Positions 56,437-63,643 of a DNA stretch of 64,000 bases are shown here, piece after piece. The notes below the pieces were generated by a model. That model did no database searches, had not been told where the DNA came from, and was given only the letters and a program-made list of their open reading frames with translations. Numbering within the stretch: the stretch's first letter is position 1; every line of letters begins with the position of its first letter. Made by a program: the position numbers and the translations under genes. Where the stretch lies: the IMG/VR virus record IMGVR_UViG_3300043438_001221. The stretch is one strand, 5' to 3'. Source of the DNA: a virus.

Positions 56437-56961
56437 ATGATAAACAATATAATGATCGATTTGGACGAATGTATGCTGCACACGCTTTTAAGCGATCCTG
56501 ATCAAGAACACATTCAATTCACCATACCGGATGATCCCACAACCTATTACACGATCATTAGACCCTGCGCCCAAGGGCTGATTGATTATGCTCGGGAACT
56601 TGTGGGAAAGGACAATGTGTATATCCTCACTGCTGCAACAACCGATTACGCCAACACGATCAACGAGAAAGCCGGATGGGGGTTTGACGAGGAACACATC
56701 ATTGCAAGGGAGGAAATCCAGAGACATCTGATACCCACGGCTTATGGCGGAAGCGCATATGTGGAAAAGCAAGGGGTTGCCCACAAGGACAACGTTCTCA
56801 TTGACAATCTCCCCTACAAACAGAACATGGGAAAAGTGAACTTGATTGGAATCCTCCAAGACCGTTATCTCAAGGTGGACGATTATTACGGGGTGAACGG
56901 AACGGAATGGGATACGTTTGAGGAGGATGTGAAGGAATTTCTAAAGGAGAAAATGCTATGA
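56437..56961 (+). CDS. HAD-family (FCP/NIF-like) phosphatase
   Basis: IDLDECMLH, RP, ILTAA...YA, VLIDN. Confidence 0.7.
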   Translation: MINNIMIDLDECMLHTLLSDPDQEHIQFTIPDDPTTYYTIIRPCAQGLIDYARELVGKDNVYILTAATTDYANTINEKAGWGFDEEHIIAREEIQRHLIPTAYGGSAYVEKQGVAHKDNVLIDNLPYKQNMGKVNLIGILQDRYLKVDDYYGVNGTEWDTFEEDVKEFLKEKML

Positions 56962-57170
56962 CAAACGACGAATTAATTAAAAAGTGGAAAACGTTGCTGG
57001 ACTATACGGATGACGAAGTTCTGGAATTGAACGAATTCCAAAGATTATACAGAGCCACATTGATGGAAAATTGTGAGATAAATTATTTCAAATATAATGG
57101 TATCCAATCCGATTCAATAGCTCCCAAAGAATTGTGTGAGATGATCTGTGAAATACGGGGAAGTGGATAA
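56958..57170 (+). CDS. small protein resembling the N-terminal segment of gp23
   Basis: LIKKWKTLLDYTDD..ATLMENCE vs gp23 VAKWRKVLDYSSD..AMLLENQE. Confidence 0.6.
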   Translation: MTNDELIKKWKTLLDYTDDEVLELNEFQRLYRATLMENCEINYFKYNGIQSDSIAPKELCEMICEIRGSG

Positions 57171-57171
57171 T

Positions 57172-57414
57172 ATGAAAAATATGATGGGAGAACCCAAACC
57201 ATGTCCCAAATGTGGGAGTGAAAATGTGGAAGTTGATGCAGGGGGTTTGACAACATCCATGAAAGGAATCGATTATCAAGCCATATGGGTGGAATGTTTG
57301 GATTGTGAATTTTCCCATGATATCAACGTATGTGATTATCCCGACGAAAACCACCCTTCACAATTGTGTATCAGACAATGGAATGATATTCCGGCAGATG
57401 GCGGAAGCGTATAG
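57172..57414 (+). CDS. Lar-like (restriction alleviation family) Zn-ribbon protein
   Basis: KPCPKCGS...VECLDC...IRQWN. Confidence 0.6.
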   Translation: MKNMMGEPKPCPKCGSENVEVDAGGLTTSMKGIDYQAIWVECLDCEFSHDINVCDYPDENHPSQLCIRQWNDIPADGGSV

Positions 57415-57577
57415 GGAAAAATTGGGAATTTTGGTAAAAAAAATATTTTTTCATATGGGAGAATTTGAAAATCCATAGCAAAAAAATATAAAAATTTGGG
57501 TGTGGAAAGGTCATGGCACCTCCCCCCACCCCACCCCCACCCTAGTTTTTAAGCTATTCTGTGCAGCCCCCCCCCGA

Positions 57578-57602
57578 CTGTTAGATATGCCATATCTAAC
57601 AG
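57578..57602. repeat. perfect 12-bp inverted repeat
   Basis: CTGTTAGATATG-C-CATATCTAACAG; the right arm is repeated near 57634. Confidence 0.85.
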
Positions 57603-57662
57603 AAAGCAATTGTATATATGTCAAACACTATGCCATATCTAACAGATCATATATCATGACAC

Positions 57663-57706
57663 AAAAAAAGCCCCTTGGCATACCTTCAAGAGATATGCCA
57701 AGGGGC
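57663..57706 (-). terminator. intrinsic terminator ending the cassette array
   Basis: GCCCCTTGGCATA/TATGCCAAGGGGC stem followed by T7 on the minus strand. Confidence 0.85.
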
Positions 57707-57715
57707 GATGAGATA

Positions 57716-58858
57716 CTATGCCAACTTGCAACGTGTAAGCTCCGTTTCCTTCACTCCGTTCCACTCGCCATGCTTTTTAACACTACCAACAAGCTTGACC
57801 ATCGGTGCGAAGTCGAAGCTGTTGTTTGTCTTCCACTTCACAATGTTTCCCTTCGCATCTTTGAAGCTGTAGAGATTGGAGCAGCCATACCCATAGTCAG
57901 GAAGCACCTTGCAGCCCACATATGCAAGAATGAACGTCTCACGCTTGCCAACGATTCCCACATGGTTGGAAGGGGAAGCGATGGCTTGTGCTTTGCGATC
58001 CATCTCACGATCATATGCGGTGATCGCGCTGGCAAGGATACCAATGTTCCTTGAGGAAACACGGGACGCGGCGGAAAGGTCGATCAGCTTTTGTAGGTAT
58101 TCGCTTTGTGTTCCTTCGTGGTTGACCAACCAAGCGCGAACGCTTTCGGCTTTCACTTCATCGGCTTCCGTGATGTTTGGAACGAAACGCTTTGGATTGC
58201 GAACGTCGATCAGGAAGCTCTCGACACGGGACGCGGTGGGAGTGGTTCCGCTGTAAATGTCATGGCCCGTCTTCTTCACGAAGCCGTGTTCACGAACCGT
58301 GGCCGCAGATGCGATCAGCGCACCGATCACGCTCACGCTGTCGATCTTGGCATTGGCGAAGCTCTCAAACTCCCCCAGCGTTTCCCGTGCGTTGCTCAGG
58401 AAGGTGAAGACCGGAAGGTGATTCCCTCCAAGGAAATCATTAATGCAGGTGCTTCCCACTTGCTTGAAATCGCCGCTGTCATGCGACAGGATGAAAGAGG
58501 AATTGCGTTTGCGATTCTGGTTGCAATGCTCGCAAGCGTGCCCACTCGCGGAGAAGCGAGCAGGGAAGGAAGCGGAGGAAATACCATGGAAGATGTTTTT
58601 GCCGCTGTCCAGAGCCTCCACAGAGGCAGCGAAAGTCCAACCTGCGAAAGTTGGGGTGGTTCCGGTGATCTCCAACGTGATGGCTGGAAATTTGATGCCG
58701 TCAATTTCGACGGTGTGTGCCTCATGGGAGGCAATGGCAAGGGGAGCGCAACCCAGACGGGCAGCGCGCTTGTTCAGCTTTGCGATTGCCACTGCGAAAG
58801 CGGCGAAGGAGGAAGCAGGGATGGTGGCGGTCATGGTGGTGTTGGTGGTGTTGGTCAC
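57716..58858 (-). CDS. hypothetical early protein (Cys/His motif, OB-like C-terminus)
   Basis: 380 aa; CEHC..R.R...QVGSTC; motif promoter with GTG start. Confidence 0.75.
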   Translation of the reverse strand: MTNTTNTTMTATIPASSFAAFAVAIAKLNKRAARLGCAPLAIASHEAHTVEIDGIKFPAITLEITGTTPTFAGWTFAASVEALDSGKNIFHGISSASFPARFSASGHACEHCNQNRKRNSSFILSHDSGDFKQVGSTCINDFLGGNHLPVFTFLSNARETLGEFESFANAKIDSVSVIGALIASAATVREHGFVKKTGHDIYSGTTPTASRVESFLIDVRNPKRFVPNITEADEVKAESVRAWLVNHEGTQSEYLQKLIDLSAASRVSSRNIGILASAITAYDREMDRKAQAIASPSNHVGIVGKRETFILAYVGCKVLPDYGYGCSNLYSFKDAKGNIVKWKTNNSFDFAPMVKLVGSVKKHGEWNGVKETELTRCKLA

Positions 58859-58906
58859 AAGGGCATCTTACCCTAGTTTTTAAGGGGATCGAACCCTTCC
58901 GGTGGA

Positions 58907-59347
58907 TCAGGCAGGAACCTGCCAAAACCCGTTATTCCAGAAGAGTTCGCCATCAGGATTTATCGAACGCTCATGCGCGTCCACCTCTGCGTTGTAAGCG
59001 TCCTCCGCTTTAAACCATGCGTCCCGCTCCTCCTCCGCTCTCGCTTCCATCTCAGCCGCTTGAGATAGGGACTCAATCTCACGCTGGAGTTCATCCATGC
59101 TGGACTCCATCAGACCCTTCCAGCTAGGCTTGTAACCGTAAATGGACTTGGTGGATTCATACACCTCTGTCGCCAGAAGGTATTTGTCGAGTTCCTGCGC
59201 GGTATGGATGCCGTATCCTTCCCAATGGGAAAGGTCTTCGGTCAGCATACCCGCAAAGCGGTTGGAGTCTTCCGCCATCCACGCACGGGCAGCGGAGTTG
59301 ATTTCGGCGAGACGGGTGGCAAGGCAGGTGTTGTTGGTGGTGGTCAT
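58907..59347 (-). CDS. hypothetical protein
   Basis: Cassette gene behind the motif at 59362. Confidence 0.7.
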   Translation of the reverse strand: MTTTNNTCLATRLAEINSAARAWMAEDSNRFAGMLTEDLSHWEGYGIHTAQELDKYLLATEVYESTKSIYGYKPSWKGLMESSMDELQREIESLSQAAEMEARAEEERDAWFKAEDAYNAEVDAHERSINPDGELFWNNGFWQVPA

Positions 59348-59368
59348 GGGATGATCTTCCTCTAGTTT

Positions 59369-59533
59369 TTAAACCACAACAGCAATCAGATCATAGCAAG
59401 CCGGAAGTGTGGCAGCTATGTCATCGAATTGCATGGCATAATGATGAGATGCCTGATTGATATCAGATGTGAATGATCCCCCGTATTGATGATACATTCC
59501 GGTGATCCTGTCCTGTATGATTATGTTTTTCAT
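59369..59533 (-). CDS. hypothetical protein (54 aa, MKNIIIQDRITG...)
   Basis: Read manually; motif upstream, stop lies in the next motif. Confidence 0.6.
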   Translation of the reverse strand: MKNIIIQDRITGMYHQYGGSFTSDINQASHHYAMQFDDIAATLPACYDLIAVVV

Positions 59534-59597
59534 GGTGCAGCTATCTTAGGTTAGTTTTTAAAAGCTTGAGCGTGTAGGATGCGCTCCCCCCGTTTTA

Positions 59598-59885
59598 TCA
59601 GATCAACCCATAGACCAGCAACCAGCTTGGGCTACCGTCTGAGCCATGTCCATCCGGCTCGACCCGCTTGCCCGTGGGAGTCTTGCAGATGGAGTCGTAA
59701 GACCAGCGTTCAAGCAAGGACATGGAGGGGGCTTTGAATGCGCTTGTGATCCGCACTTGCAGAGGCTCCGCATGAGCGGGGGAATGGACAAGGCAACGGC
59801 TGTCTTTGCCTTCAATGAACGAGACGGGAAGACCCTTGGGAAGAGTGTTGCCGTCTTTGAGTAGGATGTCTTTTTGTGTTTTCAT
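59598..59885 (-). CDS. hypothetical protein
   Basis: Cassette gene; VEPDG..DG.PSWL. Confidence 0.7.
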   Translation of the reverse strand: MKTQKDILLKDGNTLPKGLPVSFIEGKDSRCLVHSPAHAEPLQVRITSAFKAPSMSLLERWSYDSICKTPTGKRVEPDGHGSDGSPSWLLVYGLI

Positions 59886-59917
59886 GGTAGTAGGATTCTA
59901 GGCTAGTTTTTATACGA

Positions 59918-60091
59918 TCAGGCTTCTCCGCAAGCTTTCAGGAAAGTGTCACGGTTGAAGCGGGGAAATTCCGCTTGGAATCTATCGGCAAAGGCCAGAG
60001 CGCATGAACGCTTCTGGGTGCGAAGCGTTGGAGCATGGGAAGGCATTGCGGCGATGGTGGATGCGACGATCTCGAAGTGTTTCTTGGTCAT
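59918..60091 (-). CDS. hypothetical protein (57 aa, MTKKHFEIVA...PRFNRDTFLKAC)
   Basis: Read manually; motif upstream. Confidence 0.65.
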   Translation of the reverse strand: MTKKHFEIVASTIAAMPSHAPTLRTQKRSCALAFADRFQAEFPRFNRDTFLKACGEA

Positions 60092-60145
60092 GGTGCAGCT
60101 ATCTTAGGCTAGTTTTTATGAGGGGGATTGAACCCCTTTCGTTTC

Positions 60146-60367
60146 TTACCATCCCTTGCAACGTTCGGGGATTGGATTGCCGAAATGCAAGGCATGGAAA
60201 GCATCCCCTGCAAAATTGACAGGGAACCCGATTCCGTTGGATTCGATATGTCCCCGTCCGTTCCCGTAGGATTCGAACGTTGTTCCGTTCTCCCATACGG
60301 CTTTGCAATGGGATACCCAGCGGTAAGAGATTTCGGGAAGGGTGAATTGTAGTGGTTGGTATTTCAT
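60146..60367 (-). CDS. hypothetical protein
   Basis: Cassette gene behind the motif at 60385. Confidence 0.65.
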   Translation of the reverse strand: MKYQPLQFTLPEISYRWVSHCKAVWENGTTFESYGNGRGHIESNGIGFPVNFAGDAFHALHFGNPIPERCKGW

Positions 60368-60384
60368 GGTGCAGCTATCTTAGG

Positions 60385-60699
60385 CTAGTTTTTATTTGCG
60401 TTTTCCCAGATGGTTCTGATGTCCCACTTGTCCCAGATGATCTGGTCGTCGTCGGTGACATCGTTCCCCACGTAGAGAACGGTTTTGAGGAGTTTCGCGG
60501 GACGGGTTCCGGTTCCGGGTCGTCCGTACAAACCGGACGTTTCCCCACAGTAAAGCGTGTGTGTTGCCCCTTGTGCTTTCGACCATTCACATGGCGCACC
60601 TTCATAGACTTCATGAAGTTTGCCATAACTCTTTTCACGGACTCCCGTGATGGTTGTCTTACGGGCGCGGAGGATATCTTCCAGTGGGTAGTTGCTCAT
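60385..60699 (-). CDS. hypothetical protein
   Basis: Cassette gene; stop is the TAG of the next motif. Confidence 0.65.
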   Translation of the reverse strand: MSNYPLEDILRARKTTITGVREKSYGKLHEVYEGAPCEWSKAQGATHTLYCGETSGLYGRPGTGTRPAKLLKTVLYVGNDVTDDDQIIWDKWDIRTIWENANKN

Positions 60700-60782
60700 G
60701 GTGTAATCAGTCTAGGCTAGTTTTTAAAAGGAGAAAGCCTTTTATCGTCATGCTCAGGACGCTGTACCACGTGTGCTATTTT

Positions 60783-60881
60783 TTAAAACCACGTATAAAG
60801 GATGATCAGGAGAAGGGCGAGCGGCCACAAGCCAGAGGCAAGCAAGCCGACAGCGGCGAGGATTATGATGAGTTCTTTCAT
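60783..60881 (-). CDS. 32-aa hydrophobic membrane peptide
   Basis: MKELIIILAAVGLLASGLWPLALLLIILYTWF, ATGA-coupled. Confidence 0.55.
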   Translation of the reverse strand: MKELIIILAAVGLLASGLWPLALLLIILYTWF

Positions 60882-61120
60882 TTAAAGGGGATATTAAGCT
60901 TCACCATGCACTCAATGGCAATCTCATTGCATTCATCCTCGGAATTGGATTGCCAAACGATTTCCCGAAGAGTTGTCGCCATTGCAAGGATTTTCTCCGC
61001 ACCTTCAAGCCAAAGGGCTTGTAAAGGAGTTGGATCAAATCCACTTTCAATTCCAGCTTTTTGGAAAGCAATCTGCTTTTTAAGGATTTCGATATCGGTT
61101 GTGAATTGGAGTTCTTTCAT
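60878..61120 (-). CDS. hypothetical protein
   Basis: Cassette gene behind the motif at 61137. Confidence 0.65.
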   Translation of the reverse strand: MKELQFTTDIEILKKQIAFQKAGIESGFDPTPLQALWLEGAEKILAMATTLREIVWQSNSEDECNEIAIECMVKLNIPFK

Positions 61121-61219
61121 GGGTAGCTATCTTGTTCTAGTTTTTAAAAGGAGGAATCTGATTTTAGAAAAGGGTTGCCCCTCTCTCCGAACCACCAGAG
61201 AGAGGGGACTTTCACCATG

Positions 61220-61513
61220 TTACCCTACGAAAACCCAGCCATTGGAAGGGATGGCGACCCCGTTGAGATATGCTTGTCCCTGCTTGGTGTTGACAGAGAC
61301 GTTGGGAAGACCGTTGAGACGTTCCCGCGTTGTGGGAGTGTTCCACCCACAGAGATTGATTGAAAGCCCCGTGATGTCCTTCCTAGCGATGGCATTGCCA
61401 TGAAGAAGGAGAGTGGCGGCGAGATTGTCATCCACTTGGACTTCGGTTGCGCCGTCCTTAAAGTTGCGGGCGGAATTGAATGCTTGGATTGCGTTTGATG
61501 TGATCTTTCTCAT
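61220..61513 (-). CDS. hypothetical protein
   Basis: Cassette gene; LHGNAIA, GWNTPTTRERLN. Confidence 0.7.
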   Translation of the reverse strand: MRKITSNAIQAFNSARNFKDGATEVQVDDNLAATLLLHGNAIARKDITGLSINLCGWNTPTTRERLNGLPNVSVNTKQGQAYLNGVAIPSNGWVFVG

Positions 61514-61552
61514 GGTGTTGTTTGTTGGTGTTGGTTACGTTATCAGTCTAGG

Positions 61553-61702
61553 CTAGTTTTTAAGATAGACAGCGGTGGGGATTCTCTTCATGCAACGGAT
61601 GAAGATTTCGTTGGCTTCCGTGATGCTGTTCGCGGGAACATCCATCGAACAGGTTCCTTGGTGGGAGTCATACCACTCGCAGACGTATGTGTTTTGATTC
61701 AT
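61553..61702 (-). CDS. hypothetical protein (49 aa, MNQNTYVCEWYD...)
   Basis: Read manually; bounded by motifs on both sides. Confidence 0.6.
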   Translation of the reverse strand: MNQNTYVCEWYDSHQGTCSMDVPANSITEANEIFIRCMKRIPTAVYLKN

Positions 61703-61733
61703 GGTGCAGCTATCTTAGGCTAGTTTTTAAGGG

Positions 61734-61814
61734 TTATCGGATGCCATACAGGGCGATTGCCATGACGGCGACTGATAGTGTGATGATGAACAGGGCGACT
61801 TGGTTGATGGTCAT
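61734..61814 (-). CDS. 26-aa membrane peptide, copy 1
   Basis: MTINQVALFIITLSVAVMAIALYGIR; own motif promoter. Confidence 0.6.
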   Translation of the reverse strand: MTINQVALFIITLSVAVMAIALYGIR

Positions 61815-61828
61815 GGTGTTAGTCTATG

Positions 61829-62059
61829 CTAGTTTTTAAAGGTGAAGCCTTGAATATCCTCTTCTGAAATCTCTTCAAACCCTTCAACAATGAAAACATC
61901 CACATCCCCCAATTTCATCACAGACCACTCGTTTCTGGCAATGACTTTTCCCCTGCAATACTTCCCATCGCTCTCCATCAACTCAATGACATATTGCCTT
62001 TTGATTGGGGTTGGCAATCTCTTCCCACTAAGATTATATGCGAATCGTAAGTATTTCAT
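61829..62059 (-). CDS. hypothetical protein
   Basis: Cassette gene; stop lies in the next motif. Confidence 0.65.
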   Translation of the reverse strand: MKYLRFAYNLSGKRLPTPIKRQYVIELMESDGKYCRGKVIARNEWSVMKLGDVDVFIVEGFEEISEEDIQGFTFKN

Positions 62060-62083
62060 GGTGAGGATAGCTTACGCTAGTTT

Positions 62084-62257
62084 TTATTCCTCCTCGTCCT
62101 CTTCGTCGTCCTCCTCATACAGAAATTCGTTGCATTTCATCATGTCCCCCACCTCGTCCTCCGACATGTATTTGACACATGCCATGATCACGTTGTCCTT
62201 GTCAAGCAGACCCTCTTCGATCATTTCCAGCAGTCGGTTTGTATATTGTCTCGTCAT
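62084..62257 (-). CDS. acidic hypothetical protein (57 aa, MTRQYTNRLLEMIEEG...)
   Basis: Read manually; bounded by motifs on both sides. Confidence 0.65.
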   Translation of the reverse strand: MTRQYTNRLLEMIEEGLLDKDNVIMACVKYMSEDEVGDMMKCNEFLYEEDDEEDEEE

Positions 62258-62323
62258 GGTGTTATTTTGGTCTAGTTTTTAAATCCGCGAGCCTTTTTGT
62301 GTCATGCTCAGGACGTTTTGACT

Positions 62324-62404
62324 TTATCGGATACCATACAGGGCGATTGCCATGATTGCGACTGACAGGGTGATGATGAACAGGGCGACTTGGTTGATGG
62401 TCAT
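62324..62404 (-). CDS. 26-aa membrane peptide, copy 2
   Basis: MTINQVALFIITLSVAIMAIALYGIR. Confidence 0.6.
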   Translation of the reverse strand: MTINQVALFIITLSVAIMAIALYGIR

Positions 62405-62425
62405 GGGATGATCTTACGCTAGTTT

Positions 62426-62635
62426 TTAATAATCGGTGATTCTGTCCCGCACCTTGTCGAGATTGTCAGTGGTGAGAAATTTGTTCACATAGTCCTCTAC
62501 CAATCCATCCACATAAATCTCATCACAATTGCAATCAGGCTCGCAGAAATCACATCTCCATCCATCTCCCATGTGCATGTAATACCTATGCCCCAATTCC
62601 TGAATGAAGTTGATTTGTTCGTCGGTCAGTTCCAT
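62426..62635 (-). CDS. hypothetical protein
   Basis: Cassette gene, Cys-rich. Confidence 0.65.
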   Translation of the reverse strand: MELTDEQINFIQELGHRYYMHMGDGWRCDFCEPDCNCDEIYVDGLVEDYVNKFLTTDNLDKVRDRITDY

Positions 62636-62656
62636 GTCCTGAGTCTAGGCTAGTTT

Positions 62657-62872
62657 TTAAACCTCATCGGGGAGGGAATAGGCATGATTTCCCGTGGTTT
62701 CGTCCATACAATCTTCCAGAAAAGAGATATCGACAGAATCAGAGAATTTGATGGGTTTGTGATTGTCATCCACAAACAACCATTTCCCATCGGAAAAGAA
62801 AGCCACTTTGGTTGTTTCGGGATGGAATTGCCTAACGTGTTGCAGGGCTTTGTGGAGCGAATTGTTGGTCAT
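62657..62872 (-). CDS. hypothetical protein
   Basis: Cassette gene. Confidence 0.65.
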   Translation of the reverse strand: MTNNSLHKALQHVRQFHPETTKVAFFSDGKWLFVDDNHKPIKFSDSVDISFLEDCMDETTGNHAYSLPDEV

Positions 62873-62886
62873 GATGTTATTATGGT

Positions 62887-63036
62887 TTAGTTTTTATTAC
62901 CAATGATGATCGCGCTTGAAATGGCGAAACATCCAATAATTGTGAGAATTTCATTGGCGGTGAATGATTTGTCACCGATCCACGCTGCGATTCTAAGAGA
63001 TATACAAAGAAGTCCAAATAATGAGGCGATTTTCAT
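62887..63036 (-). CDS. 49-aa membrane peptide with two hydrophobic segments
   Basis: MKIASLFGLLCISLRIAAWIG...; bounded by motifs. Confidence 0.55.
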   Translation of the reverse strand: MKIASLFGLLCISLRIAAWIGDKSFTANEILTIIGCFAISSAIIIGNKN

Positions 63037-63066
63037 GATGTTATTTTGGTTTAGTTTTTAAGAAAG

Positions 63067-63240
63067 TGGCCAGAGGAGGGTTTCGAACCCTCCGCTTTCG
63101 TCTTGTCCAAGGATAGCTAGTCCTCTTACTCTATCCCGTATGCATCCTCTTACTCTATCCCGTATGCATCCGAGAATCAAACGACAAAAGCTTTTTTATA
63201 TGTCCCTTTGCGGGGGACTCCGCTCCGCAGCGGCTCCGGC
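63067..63240 (-). ncRNA. tRNA-like structured RNA with a ~100-nt insert
   Basis: 7-bp acceptor stem, canonical T arm, 9-bp internal helix, own motif promoter. Confidence 0.7.
63121..63171. repeat. 24-bp perfect tandem repeat, two copies
   Basis: TCCTCTTACTCTATCCCGTATGCA twice. Confidence 0.95.
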
Positions 63241-63266
63241 GTTGTATTGGTAGCTTAATCTAGTTT

Positions 63267-63467
63267 TTATACTCGGTTCTGTCCTACCGATACTCCGGTG
63301 TATCCGTAGTGGAAAATCATTTTGTTTTTCTTGTCCTCGATTGAGATTGTATAAACGTCCCCGTTCATCTTGGCAAGCGCATGGGCTTTGGCTTCCAGAA
63401 CTGTTCCCTTAAATTTTTCGTCGGGCATTGCCTTGTATCCCATCTTGGTGGAGTATCGTATGGTCAT
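63267..63467 (-). CDS. hypothetical protein
   Basis: Cassette gene; stop lies in the next motif. Confidence 0.65.
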   Translation of the reverse strand: MTIRYSTKMGYKAMPDEKFKGTVLEAKAHALAKMNGDVYTISIEDKKNKMIFHYGYTGVSVGQNRV

Positions 63468-63484
63468 GGTAGCTAAATCTTAAT

Positions 63485-63622
63485 CTAGTTTTTAAACACC
63501 TCAATATCGGCTATCGATTGGGCATCGGATGTGTCGCATCCCTCTTCCTCCATTTGAGCGACGATGGCGAGCCATTTGTCATGGAGGGGCGAATCTTTGT
63601 GGCACGGTGGTATTTCTTTCAT
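63485..63622 (-). CDS. hypothetical protein (45 aa, MKEIPPCHKD...)
   Basis: Read manually; bounded by motifs on both sides. Confidence 0.6.
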   Translation of the reverse strand: MKEIPPCHKDSPLHDKWLAIVAQMEEEGCDTSDAQSIADIEVFKN

Positions 63623-63643
63623 GTGATCAGTCTAGGCTAGTTT

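Noticed and set aside
63067-63240. tmRNA or a canonical tRNA-Cys
   Set aside because: No G3-U70 pair or tag reading frame; it lacks U8, the D-loop GG and U33
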